A stretch of DNA of 64,000 nucleotides from Dongiaceae bacterium (lineage in GTDB: Bacteria; Pseudomonadota; Alphaproteobacteria; SHNJ01), in contig JBFXCK010000002.1 in NCBI GenBank assembly GCA_050182275.1, positions 154,202-218,201 of the forward strand, in the 5' to 3' direction. The notes under the pieces are model-generated. The model was given only the letters and a program-made list of their open reading frames with translations, was not told the DNA's origin and searched no databases. Each line of letters opens with the position of its first letter. The stretch's first letter is position 1. Shown here piece by piece: positions 10,564 to 19,655 of this stretch. A program made the position numbers and the translations under genes.

Positions 10564-10641
10564 AATGGTAATCGACTTCATCCTACTTATCATCCCCTAG
10601 TTCTTTAAGCTTACGCCAAAGTCTATCGACTTTGGCTAGGG

Positions 10642-10660
10642 CCAGCTGAGCTACGGGGAC
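10642..10660. repeat. 19-bp direct copy of the 5' end of tRNA-Arg (ccagctgagctacggggac), 78 bp beyond the gene
   Basis: Identical to 10545..10563. Confidence 0.7.
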
Positions 10661-10744
10661 AGCATAGGTACCTTATACGCAGATGATTGAAAGATTTCAA
10701 AGATTCCCCCCGCAGGCCCGCTTATTTTTCGGGTTTTTTAAGAC

Positions 10745-10779
10745 AAAAAAAAGCCGGAAGACCATAAGGCATCCGGCTT
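10745..10779 (-). terminator. Rho-independent terminator downstream of the sulfurtransferase gene
   Basis: On the minus strand: GCCGGATGCC..TTATGG..TCTTCCGGC stem followed by TTTTTTTT. Confidence 0.55.
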
Positions 10780-10919
10780 GGAGGTTACAGGAGGGTACGA
10801 GATGAACAGTTCGCCGTAGCGAACTGACCCTTGCAACTTATAACGCAGTGCAAAATAAAGCAAGGGAAAAATCTTATTTATCAACAGGATGCAGTGTTTG
10901 TTATAAGTGTTTGAAACTA

Positions 10920-11741
10920 TTAATGTTTGTTAATTTTTGCACCCCATTCGCTCCAGGCCCCATCATAGATAGGCGCCACAAATTTGCCTAAAACTGCCAA
11001 CCCTAGCGCTGGAATGCAGGCGGTGATGCCTGAACCGCAGCTCATAATCACGGGTTTTTCTAAATCAACGCCGGTTTTGGCAAAAATCTGCCGCAATTCT
11101 GCAGGGTTTTTAAAAGTTTGATCATCGCGCAGCATGGCGGAAAAAGGCAAATTACAGCTGCCGGGAATATGGCCGGAAGGCAAATTGGGGCGTGGTTCGG
11201 GAGCTTTTCCTTGGAATCTTTCCACGCTTCTGGCGTCGATTAATTGTGCGGCGCAAGATTTGATGTTGGCGGCGATTTGATCATAATCGCGCAGCAGAGC
11301 AGGATTTGGGCGGGCGGTAAATTCTTTTTCCGTAATTTGTGATTGGCCGGAATTAATTTTTCTTTTCTCCGCCCTCCATTTGGGCAGGCCGCCATCCAAG
11401 ACCGCCACCTTTTCATGGCCGAAATAGCGGAACATCCACCAAACCCTGGGGCTGGTGAAGATTCCTTGGGCATCGTAAATCACCACGGAGTCATCATTGC
11501 CGATGCCAAGCTTGCCCACATGCTCCGCAAAAACTTCAGGGGCGGGGAGCATGTTCGGTAAATCAGTATTTTTATCGCGGCAATTTTCCAGATCGAACGG
11601 GGCGGCGCCCGGAATATGGGCAATGGCGAACTCCGCCAAATTCTTGCCGCCTTGATAGCTTCCGGCATCTAAAATTTTAAGCGCGGGATCATCTAAATGA
11701 TCGGCCAGCCATCCGGTGGTGACCAAGGGAAGCGGCATCAT
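10920..11741 (-). CDS. sseA: 3-mercaptopyruvate sulfurtransferase (two rhodanese domains)
   Basis: Active-site CGSGITAC (CG[ST]G[IV]TA signature). Tandem rhodanese architecture. Start at MMPLPL abuts the stop of the upstream NUDIX gene. Confidence 0.8.
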   Translation of the reverse strand: MMPLPLVTTGWLADHLDDPALKILDAGSYQGGKNLAEFAIAHIPGAAPFDLENCRDKNTDLPNMLPAPEVFAEHVGKLGIGNDDSVVIYDAQGIFTSPRVWWMFRYFGHEKVAVLDGGLPKWRAEKRKINSGQSQITEKEFTARPNPALLRDYDQIAANIKSCAAQLIDARSVERFQGKAPEPRPNLPSGHIPGSCNLPFSAMLRDDQTFKNPAELRQIFAKTGVDLEKPVIMSCGSGITACIPALGLAVLGKFVAPIYDGAWSEWGAKINKH

Positions 11742-12340
11742 GCTTGCAGCTCCGTCAATATTTTTTCCTGGTTCAATAACAGCCACTGCACTGCGGCTAA
11801 CATTAAACCATTGCGCCATTTGGGGGTATAAAGATTGGCCGCTAAATTTTTAATCGGCACCGCATGCACGCGGATATTTTCCCCCTCATCGCTCTTGCCG
11901 TGAATGCCTCCGGCCTTGGCGCTATCCGCCAAAGCGGTAAAAACATGCGTGGTTTCATTAATCGCGCCGGGGCTGGGCATAAAGGTGATAGCATGGCGGA
12001 GCTTTTTAATTTCAAGCCCGCTTTCTTCCTTCATTTCCCGCGCGGCCACATTTTCCAAGCTTTCGCCATTTTCGATAAGGCCGGCCGGAATTTCCATTTG
12101 CCAGGGATCATGGCCGCTTAACTCGGCGGGCAGGCGGTATTGCTCAACCATAACAAGAGCTTTTCGATTCGTATCGATGGGAAGGATGCAAACCGAATCG
12201 CCGCGCACGCAAACTTCGCGGCTCATCACTTCGCTCCACCCGCCTTGGAACAGGGGCAGGCGCAATTGATAGCGGTAAATCTTTAAGTGCCCTTCCCACA
12301 GGGATTCTTTATTGATAAGCTGGGCCTTGGATTGGGTCAT
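11738..12340 (-). CDS. NUDIX hydrolase (ADP-ribose pyrophosphatase-like)
   Basis: Nudix box GLIENGESLENVAAREMKEESGL. Confidence 0.85.
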   Translation of the reverse strand: MTQSKAQLINKESLWEGHLKIYRYQLRLPLFQGGWSEVMSREVCVRGDSVCILPIDTNRKALVMVEQYRLPAELSGHDPWQMEIPAGLIENGESLENVAAREMKEESGLEIKKLRHAITFMPSPGAINETTHVFTALADSAKAGGIHGKSDEGENIRVHAVPIKNLAANLYTPKWRNGLMLAAVQWLLLNQEKILTELQA

Positions 12341-12368
12341 TGCCTATCCTTACTCCAGAATTGGACGC

Positions 12369-12857
12369 ATGAAAACCTTAACTTTATTACGCCACGCGAC
12401 CGCCGTGCAAAATGTGCAGATGGAAGACATCGACCGCGAGCTTGCGCCCCAAGCCGAGGACGAGGTCGCCTCGATCATTAATCAATGGGAAAACAAAGAT
12501 AAAATCGAGCGGGTGTTATGTTCAACCGCCAAACGCACCCGTCAAACCTATGAAATGATCAGAATGTTCCTGCCCGCCGAGCATAAGGCAATTTTTTTAC
12601 CCGAACTTTATAATGCGGGGGCGCAGCATATGCGCGATTTCATCGCCATCGAAGGGGAGGGCGCCGAGCATATTTTGACCATTGGCCATAACCCCGGCAT
12701 CCATCAATTGGCATTAAAGCTAAGCCATAACGCGCGGGCGATCGAACGCGGCTATCCGCCCGCCGCCCTAACCATCTTGGAATTCAAAGGTTCCAATTGG
12801 GGCGAACTCAACCGCCCCAATTGCCATTTGCTGCAGTTTATCGAGCCGCATTTGTAA
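12369..12857 (+). CDS. sixA: phosphohistidine phosphatase SixA-like (histidine phosphatase superfamily, branch 1)
   Basis: LTLLRHA catalytic motif near the N-terminus. ~160 aa. HNPG downstream. Confidence 0.65.
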   Translation: MKTLTLLRHATAVQNVQMEDIDRELAPQAEDEVASIINQWENKDKIERVLCSTAKRTRQTYEMIRMFLPAEHKAIFLPELYNAGAQHMRDFIAIEGEGAEHILTIGHNPGIHQLALKLSHNARAIERGYPPAALTILEFKGSNWGELNRPNCHLLQFIEPHL

Positions 12858-13476
12858 TAGATTCCGGCCATTCAATAGCAATGCGCTGCACTTCATTTTC
12901 TTCCAGCGACAAGAGATGGATTTGCCAGGGAAAACCGGCGCTTTTATTCAGCGGCTGAAAATGCAGCAATTGGGCATTACCGATTCTAGGGATTTTTTTT
13001 CCAAATAGACGGCCAAGGCTGTAAATCACGCCGCCATGAGTAACAACTAATACCGGCGCGGGCAGCGCCAATGCCTGGGCCAAGCCTTTTTTAATTCGCG
13101 CATCGAACTGGGCGTAAGTTTCTCCGCCTTTAGGATCGTAATTTAAATCGCCATATTCGGGAAAATCGCCCCAGGGCTTGCCTTCCCATTCACCGACAAA
13201 ATGTTCTTTGATATCGTCGTGCGCCGATAAAGGAAAAGAGCTTTCCAAATACTCATGGATCACCCGTGCAGTTTCCGCGGCGCGGATAAGAGGGCTATGG
13301 CATATATGATTTAAGCGGATCCCGGCAGTTTTAATAATTTTTCCCAACTGGGCGGCCTGCTCATAACCAAGCCGGGTCAAAGGCGAATCATGACCGCTGC
13401 CGGCCATGATCTGTTCGACGTTGGATTGACTTTGCCCATGACGGGTTAAGTAAAATTCAACGGCGGGCAGAGGCAT
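12838..13476 (-). CDS. histidine phosphatase family protein (phosphoglycerate mutase-like)
   Basis: YLTRHGQSQSN RHG motif. VVTHGGVI second His motif. Confidence 0.8.
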   Translation of the reverse strand: MPLPAVEFYLTRHGQSQSNVEQIMAGSGHDSPLTRLGYEQAAQLGKIIKTAGIRLNHICHSPLIRAAETARVIHEYLESSFPLSAHDDIKEHFVGEWEGKPWGDFPEYGDLNYDPKGGETYAQFDARIKKGLAQALALPAPVLVVTHGGVIYSLGRLFGKKIPRIGNAQLLHFQPLNKSAGFPWQIHLLSLEENEVQRIAIEWPESITNAAR

Positions 13477-13479
13477 GGA

Positions 13480-14106
13480 TTATCTCTGCAAAGCGAGGGT
13501 GTTTACTAATGTATAGCGGATAGAGCGATCGCGTAAATTGGGGGTATCGATGATCCATTCCTTGCCGCGTAAAATGAAGCGCAAGACAGCGCCATTATCG
13601 ACTTTAGTTTTAAGTTTATCAAAGCCGCAAAGCTCCAGCATTGCATCCAGCACGCGGCCATGAACAATGAGAAAAGGCGGCGCTTCGCGTGGCTTGGTGC
13701 GGCTTGCCACTTCGCTCATTCCTTCATTGATGCGTTCCACAAAATCGGGCCGCCATTTTTCGCCATTCGGCGGGTCTATGTCTTTCATTGCCAGCGGCAA
13801 TACTTCATCCAAAGGTTTTCCCGACCAATCGCCGGCTATTTGCTCTTTCAATTGAGGCACAGCGATAACAGGAACCGGGGCAACTTGACGAATGACATTG
13901 GCTGTTTGTTCGGTACGGATCATGCCGGTGTGAACGATCATCGAAGGGCAGGGCAGATGCGCAACCAATTGCGCCAAATTTTGCGCTTGTTCTAACCCTT
14001 TTTCGGTTAAAGGCGCGTCAAGCAATCCATCGGCCATGCGCTTTTCAGCGTTAGCAACGCATTCAGGGTGCCGCGCGGCATGAAAAAGAGAAAGGGCCAA
14101 AGACAT
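13480..14106 (-). CDS. histidine phosphatase family protein, divergent paralogue
   Basis: LFHAARHPE and LIVHGRVL motifs in the canonical positions. Lies adjacent to the paralogue. Confidence 0.6.
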   Translation of the reverse strand: MSLALSLFHAARHPECVANAEKRMADGLLDAPLTEKGLEQAQNLAQLVAHLPCPSMIVHTGMIRTEQTANVIRQVAPVPVIAVPQLKEQIAGDWSGKPLDEVLPLAMKDIDPPNGEKWRPDFVERINEGMSEVASRTKPREAPPFLIVHGRVLDAMLELCGFDKLKTKVDNGAVLRFILRGKEWIIDTPNLRDRSIRYTLVNTLALQR

Positions 14107-14159
14107 GGCCCAATACTAACAAAGGATGGAAGTTTGTAAACGGAAAAATATCTTAGCTT

Positions 14160-14426
14160 TTAGGCGATGATGTCGAGCAACTGATCGGTCATATCGCCGG
14201 CGGCTTTTAACACTTGGCCGGAAGCTTGGGCCGAAACGCCCGCTTCTTTGGCGGCGAGAAGCGCTTGAAATACATCGGGCTCGCTGACGCTTTGCGAAGC
14301 CTCAACATTAGCCGCGCGCACCACATCGGTAAGTTTTTCGCCGGCTCTTGCGAACGCGCCGACTGCAACACTGGCAATAGGTCCAAGCATGATACCCCCT
14401 CTGTAACCCCAGCTTGAGGATAGCAA
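14160..14426 (-). CDS. small hypothetical protein
   Basis: ORF only. Ala-rich. No motif. Confidence 0.25.
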   Translation of the reverse strand: MLSSSWGYRGGIMLGPIASVAVGAFARAGEKLTDVVRAANVEASQSVSEPDVFQALLAAKEAGVSAQASGQVLKAAGDMTDQLLDIIA

Positions 14427-14479
14427 TAAGTCGTTAAGAAGTGATGAAAGGGGCTAAGAGATAGAAAAATAAGGAAATT

Positions 14480-14572
14480 TGGCTCGCCTTTGATAGGGAT
14501 CGAACCAGCTAAGCAAAGCCGAAGGCTTTGTTAGCAAATAAGACGTGGGTTCGCTAGAAATTGAGAGAAATT
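14480..14572. repeat. 93-bp tRNA-linked repeat unit: 27-nt copy of a tRNA-Asn-like 3' end (T-arm + acceptor + CCA) plus a conserved hairpin module; abuts tRNA-Asn
   Basis: tggctcgcctttgatagggatcgaacc mimics tggctccctgggtagggatcgaacc of tRNA-Asn. The module agctaagcaaagccgaaggctttgttagc...gtgggttcgctagaaat is about 80% identical to the module repeated at 45665..45935. Confidence 0.7.
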
Positions 14573-14647
14573 TGGCTCCCTGGGTAGGGATCGAACCTAC
14601 GACCAAGCGATTAACAGTCGCTTGCTCTACCGCTGAGCTACCAGGGA
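14573..14647 (-). tRNA. tRNA-Asn (anticodon GTT)
   Basis: Reverse complement TCCCTGGTAGCTCAGCGGTAGAGC..loop CTGTTAA..GGTTCGATCC..CCAGGGAGCCA. 75 nt. Confidence 0.85.
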
Positions 14648-14712
14648 ATCAGAAGCCAGAGTCAATATCAGATGTCGCTATAAGAAATCAATAGGCTTTC
14701 TGATAGTGCAAT

Positions 14713-14786
14713 TGGAGGCCTGGAGCGGAATCGAACCGCTATACAAGGATTTGCAATCCTCTGCATCACCACTCTGCCACCAGGCC
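14713..14786 (-). tRNA. tRNA-Cys (anticodon GCA)
   Basis: Reverse complement GGCCTGGTGGCAGAGTGGTGATGC..loop TTGCAAA..GGTTCGATTCCGC..CCAGGCCTCCA. 74 nt. Confidence 0.8.
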
Positions 14787-14868
14787 GCCCCGATGTTTTG
14801 GCAGAGGATGGGCGTAAAAGCAAGACGGCCTGTTGTCATCCCACCTAAAAACCGCTAGGAATAAGGGC

Positions 14869-15546
14869 ATGTCGCAAACTTTACCTTCCGCAAATATTTA
14901 CGAAACCGCCCGCCAAAATATGGTTGATGGCCAGGTTCGCACCAATAAAGTCGCCGATCAGCGCCTTTTGGCGGGGCTGCGCGCCCTGCCGCGCGAAGAA
15001 TTTTTACCGGCCGATTTGCGCGCCAAAGCTTATATTGATGATGATATTATTTTGCCCCAAGGGCGCTTTCTATTAGAGCCGTTGGTATTAGCGCGCCTTA
15101 TTCAGGCGCTTGAAATAGCGCCCAGCGACCGGGTTTTAGATGTGGGATGCGCCAGCGGTTATGCGGCATGTTTACTAAAAATGTTGGCAAGTGAAGTCGT
15201 TGCCTGCGAAGAAAATCCCGACCTAGCCGCTGCAGCCCAAGTCAACACCGCCCGTTTTGCGGGGGCAGGGGTGATGGCGCTTAAAGCGCGGCCGAATGAA
15301 GGGTTTCCTTCCCAGGCGCCTTATGACGCTATTTTAGTGGAGGGCGCTTGCGTCAGCGTGCCTACCCCTTTGCTCGACCAATTGGCGGAAGGCGGGCGTT
15401 TGACAACGGTCATTCGCACCGGCAAAGGCCTGGGCAAGGCGATGCTGTATAAGCGCCAATATAAAAATATTTCCGGACGGGTCTTGTTCGATGCCGGCGT
15501 TCCCTATCTCATTCCGCCGGCGAATGAAGATAAGTTCGTTTTTTGA
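14869..15546 (+). CDS. protein-L-isoaspartate O-methyltransferase family protein (Pcm-like paralogue)
   Basis: SAM-MTase motif LDVGCASGY. Pcm-like fold. The canonical pcm with the GQTISQP motif is at 34472..35125. Confidence 0.7.
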   Translation: MSQTLPSANIYETARQNMVDGQVRTNKVADQRLLAGLRALPREEFLPADLRAKAYIDDDIILPQGRFLLEPLVLARLIQALEIAPSDRVLDVGCASGYAACLLKMLASEVVACEENPDLAAAAQVNTARFAGAGVMALKARPNEGFPSQAPYDAILVEGACVSVPTPLLDQLAEGGRLTTVIRTGKGLGKAMLYKRQYKNISGRVLFDAGVPYLIPPANEDKFVF

Positions 15547-15567
15547 CGCGCGCTTAAAAATAGTAAA

Positions 15568-15906
15568 ATGGAAATCATCCGCGATCCGGAAATTCAAATC
15601 ACCTGCCAAGTCTTGCAAGAATGGCTGAAAGAAAAGCCTATGCTGCTATTGCTGGATGTGCGGGAAAATTGGGAGTTGGATATTTGTAAAATGCCGGGCG
15701 CGGTTCACATTCCGCTTGGCAATTTGCCAACGCGCTTTGAAGAATTGCCCAAAGACCGGTCAATCGTGGTGTTTTGCCATCATGGCATGCGCTCGCTGAA
15801 GGGAGCCGCTTTCTTGCGCGCTCAAGGACTAAGCCAGGCGGTCAGCCTTAGCGGCGGCATTGATAAATGGGCGCGGGAGGTCGATTCCAGCCTTAAAACC
15901 TATTGA
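15568..15906 (+). CDS. single-domain rhodanese-like sulfurtransferase
   Basis: Active-site loop FCHHGMRS. Confidence 0.8.
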   Translation: MEIIRDPEIQITCQVLQEWLKEKPMLLLLDVRENWELDICKMPGAVHIPLGNLPTRFEELPKDRSIVVFCHHGMRSLKGAAFLRAQGLSQAVSLSGGIDKWAREVDSSLKTY

Positions 15907-16049
15907 AATTGTTTCCCTAACAGGGGGAATAGGGCAACTAATCCACCGTTTTTTTACGCAAATACTTGATAAGCCTTGTAAGTTTTGGCGCTTTCCCATA
16001 CAAAATGTGAAAATCATCTTTTTGGCACCAATTTGTATATATCATCATC

Positions 16050-16943
16050 ATGACGCCGGCTGATAAAGCACAAGAACCTTCGATGGAAGAAATCCTTGCT
16101 TCCATCCGGCGTATTATTGCCGAAGAAGACGACGGCGATGGCACGGCCAAAGCTAAAATCGTTGAAGCTGTTGCACAGGCTGATGGCGCACCGCCACCGC
16201 CGCCTGCCGCTCCGGCTGCGCCCGCTACTCCTGATGCTCCAGCTCCGGCTGCAGTTTCTCCTGCCGCACCTGCAGCGCCAAATGCACCTTCGGCGCCTCC
16301 TGCTGCGGCTCCGCCGCCTGCGGCAGGAAAAGCACCGCCGCCGCCACCGCCTTCAGCACCGAAAGCGCCACCGGCTCCGGCAGCACCTGAAGGCCCATTG
16401 GTTCTAACAAAAGTGGTTGCTGATACGCCAGCGCCGCCGCCATCTGCTCCCAATCAGCCGCCGCAAGCGCCTCCTGATGCTCCGCCGCCAGCCCCTGAAG
16501 CGGCGGCCGAAAAATTAGCCGAACAAATTTTAGCCGATCCCGCTGTCGTTGAAGCGGCGGCCGAACAACCTGCTCCAACCCCCGCTCAAGAAACGCCCCC
16601 CCAGACCGCCGTTGCACCCACCCCGCAGCCGGCGAAGGAGAATAAACCTATGGCCGATGAAATTCCCGAAAATTTCGATGCAAGCGCTGACCGCAAAATT
16701 GTTTCGCCGCCTACCGCTTCCAAGGCCACTTCCTCTTTCGAGGAATTGGCGGGCGCCGTGCATGCGCGTGGCGCAGCGCTGGGCAATGTTAACCAGACTT
16801 TGGAAGATTTGGTGAAAGAGCTGATCCGTCCGCACCTTAAAGCTTGGCTAGATCAGCATCTGCCGGGAATCGTCGAAAAATTGGTCCGCGCCGAAGTGGA
16901 GCGGATGGGCCGCGAAGCCGAAGAACGCCGTTCCCTGCTCTAG
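16050..16943 (+). CDS. popZ: PopZ-like pole-organising protein (DUF2497) with long Pro/Ala-rich linker
   Basis: N-terminal QEPSMEEILASIRRII and C-terminal LEDLVKELIRPHLKAWLDQHLPGIVEKLV match the conserved ends of Caulobacter PopZ. The middle is a low-complexity PA-rich region. Confidence 0.7.
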   Translation: MTPADKAQEPSMEEILASIRRIIAEEDDGDGTAKAKIVEAVAQADGAPPPPPAAPAAPATPDAPAPAAVSPAAPAAPNAPSAPPAAAPPPAAGKAPPPPPPSAPKAPPAPAAPEGPLVLTKVVADTPAPPPSAPNQPPQAPPDAPPPAPEAAAEKLAEQILADPAVVEAAAEQPAPTPAQETPPQTAVAPTPQPAKENKPMADEIPENFDASADRKIVSPPTASKATSSFEELAGAVHARGAALGNVNQTLEDLVKELIRPHLKAWLDQHLPGIVEKLVRAEVERMGREAEERRSLL

Positions 16944-17009
16944 AGAAATCTTTTATAGTAAGGCAGCGAAACGGGGCCAGGCAGGCTGCCGTAAATAAGG
17001 GTTTTTGGG

Positions 17010-19655
17010 ATGCTTGATAAAACATATAATCCGGCCGAGATCGAAGAAAAATTCTACGCCGCCATGGAAAAAAGCGGCGCTTTCGCCGCGCATCCTGAAT
17101 CAATCAAGCCGCCTTTCACCATTATGATGCCGCCGCCTAATGTGACCGGCAGTTTGCATATTGGGCATGCGCTGACATTCACTTTACAAGATGTTTTAAT
17201 CCGCTATCAGCGCCGTTTGGGCAAAGATGCATTATGGCAGCCCGGAACCGATCACGCCGGTATCGCAACCCAAATGGTGGTCGAGCGCCAATTGGCCGAA
17301 CAAAAAATTAGCCGCCACGATTTAGGCCGGGAAAAATTCCTGGAAAAAGTTTGGCAATGGAAAGAGGAATCGGGCGGGACAATCACCAAACAGCTCCGCC
17401 GCCTTGGCGCTTCGGCCGATTGGGGGCGGGAGCGCTTTACCATGGATGAGGGCCTTTCGGCCGCGGTGCGGAAAGCCTTTGTTGAGTTGTTCAAGGCCGG
17501 TTTAATTTACCGCGCCAAGCGCCTGGTTAATTGGGATCCGAAACTTCATACCGCGATTTCCGATATTGAAGTCGAGCAGCGCGCGGTGCAAGGCAGCCTG
17601 TGGTATTTTAAATATCCAATCGAAAATTCCGATCAATTCATTACCATCGCCACCACGCGCCCCGAAACCATGTTGGGCGATGTGGCGGTTGCCGTTCATC
17701 CGAAAGATTCGCGCTATAAAGATTTGGTTGGAAAATTCGTTATAATGCCCATTACCGGGCGTAAAATCCCCATCATCGCCGATGATTATGTCGATCAAAC
17801 CAAGGGTTCGGGCGCGGTCAAAATCACTCCGGCGCATGATTTCAACGATTTTGAAGTTGGCAAACGCCACAAGCTGGAATCAATCAATATATTCGATAAA
17901 AACGCCGCCATTATCGCAGGCCCCGGCGTGCCCGCCGAGTATGTGGGAATGGACCGCTTTAAAGCCCGCGCCAAAATTGTCGCGCAAATCGAAGAGCTGG
18001 GGCTGCTGGAAAAAATCGAAAAAAATTCCATGACCGTGCCGCATGGCGACCGTTCGGGCGTGGTGATTGAGCCCTGGCTTACCGATCAATGGTTTTGCGA
18101 CGTCAGCACCATGGCCGCGCGCGCCATTAAAGCGGTAGAAGATGGCGATATTAAATTCGTTCCTGAAAAATGGGCCAATACCTATTACAATTGGATGAAC
18201 AATATCCAGCCCTGGTGCATTTCGCGCCAATTATGGTGGGGCCATCAAATTCCCGCCTGGTTTGACGAGCAGGGCAATTATTTTGTGGCGCTGGATGAAA
18301 AAGACGCCGTAAGCCAGGCCGGGAAGAAACACGGCAAGCCCGTCAAGCTTACGCGCGATTCTGATGTGTTGGATACCTGGTTTTCTTCGGCCCTTTGGCC
18401 CTTCTCCACGCTGGGCTGGCCGCAAGATACAACCGAGCTTCGCCGCTATTATCCGACCGATGTGCTGGTGACCGGCTTTGACATTATTTTCTTCTGGGTC
18501 GCCCGTATGATTATGATGGGATTGCATTTCACTAATGAGGTCCCCTTTAAGACAATTTACATGCATGCCTTGGTGCGCGATGCGCAGGGGCAAAAAATGT
18601 CGAAATCCAAGGGCAATGTGATGGATCCTTTGGCCTTGATCGATAAATTCGGCGCCGATGCTTTGCGCTTTACCTTAAGCGCTTTGGCCGCGCCTGGGCG
18701 CGATATCAAGCTTTCCGAAGACCGTATCGCCGGTTACCGCAACTTCGCCACCAAATTATGGAATGCAACGCGTTTTTGTGAAATGAATGGCTGTGTGTTC
18801 GATCCCAAATTCGATCCGGCCCAAGTCAAGGGCACTTTGAACCGCTGGATTATCCAGGAAGTCGTGATGATGAAGGCGGAATTCGAGCGGGCGATGGAAG
18901 AATACCGCTTTGATGAAGCGGCGCGCCTTCTATACAAAACCGCCTGGAATGATTTTTGCGATTGGTATATCGAACTATCAAAGCCGGTGTTGCAGGCCGA
19001 AAACCATCCTGAAAAACTAGAAACGCAAAACACCGCCGCCTGGATGCTGGCGCAATTGATTAGTTTGCTGAATCCCTTGATGCCTTTTATCACCGAAGAA
19101 TTGGCTGAAAAACTTGGCACCAATGGCGGCAAGCTTTTAATCACAGCCTCTTGGCCCGATTATTCGGCCATTAAAAAAGATCAAGCGGCTATTGATGAAA
19201 TCCGCTGGTTAATTGAGCTTATTTCCAATATCCGCTCGGTACGCAGTGATTTGAAAATCCCGCATACTGAAAAGCTAACCCTTTTGCTGCGCGGGACTAA
19301 TGCCATTTCCAAACAGCGTTTTGCAACGCATATGAACGCGATTCTGCGTCTATCTAATTTGGGCAAGGTGGAAGAGGGCAATGCCAGCGGCAGCGGCGTT
19401 GAGATTCCCTATCAAGAATTAAGCATGTTTTTAGTAACCAACAATTTGGTTGACCTGAACGAAGTTCGCGCAAAACTGAATAAAGAAATTAAAGAGGTCG
19501 ATGCCGAGATTGAAAAAATTAAAGTGCGTTTATCCAATCCCGATTTCACGGCCAAAGCACCCGAAGAGGTGGTTGATGAAATTAACGAACGCCGCGAACA
19601 GTTTTTAAATACCAAAGATAAGCTGGAACAAGCATTAAAACGCTTGGCGGGTTAA
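17010..19655 (+). CDS. valS: valine--tRNA ligase
   Basis: HIGH-type motif PPPNVTGSLHIGHAL, KMSKS motif, 881 aa with C-terminal coiled coil. Confidence 0.95.
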   Translation: MLDKTYNPAEIEEKFYAAMEKSGAFAAHPESIKPPFTIMMPPPNVTGSLHIGHALTFTLQDVLIRYQRRLGKDALWQPGTDHAGIATQMVVERQLAEQKISRHDLGREKFLEKVWQWKEESGGTITKQLRRLGASADWGRERFTMDEGLSAAVRKAFVELFKAGLIYRAKRLVNWDPKLHTAISDIEVEQRAVQGSLWYFKYPIENSDQFITIATTRPETMLGDVAVAVHPKDSRYKDLVGKFVIMPITGRKIPIIADDYVDQTKGSGAVKITPAHDFNDFEVGKRHKLESINIFDKNAAIIAGPGVPAEYVGMDRFKARAKIVAQIEELGLLEKIEKNSMTVPHGDRSGVVIEPWLTDQWFCDVSTMAARAIKAVEDGDIKFVPEKWANTYYNWMNNIQPWCISRQLWWGHQIPAWFDEQGNYFVALDEKDAVSQAGKKHGKPVKLTRDSDVLDTWFSSALWPFSTLGWPQDTTELRRYYPTDVLVTGFDIIFFWVARMIMMGLHFTNEVPFKTIYMHALVRDAQGQKMSKSKGNVMDPLALIDKFGADALRFTLSALAAPGRDIKLSEDRIAGYRNFATKLWNATRFCEMNGCVFDPKFDPAQVKGTLNRWIIQEVVMMKAEFERAMEEYRFDEAARLLYKTAWNDFCDWYIELSKPVLQAENHPEKLETQNTAAWMLAQLISLLNPLMPFITEELAEKLGTNGGKLLITASWPDYSAIKKDQAAIDEIRWLIELISNIRSVRSDLKIPHTEKLTLLLRGTNAISKQRFATHMNAILRLSNLGKVEEGNASGSGVEIPYQELSMFLVTNNLVDLNEVRAKLNKEIKEVDAEIEKIKVRLSNPDFTAKAPEEVVDEINERREQFLNTKDKLEQALKRLAG

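Noticed and set aside
10342-10608. 88-aa ORF on the plus strand
   Set aside because: Out of frame with the NDUFS4-like gene and overlaps tRNA-Arg. Spurious.
16096-16407. Arg/Leu-rich 103-aa ORF in an alternative plus-strand frame
   Set aside because: Out-of-frame reading of the same low-complexity PopZ linker.
15938-16453. 171-aa Gly/Ala-rich ORF on the minus strand
   Set aside because: It is the antisense reading of the Pro/Ala-rich low-complexity linker of the PopZ-like gene. GC-rich repeats give open frames on both strands.
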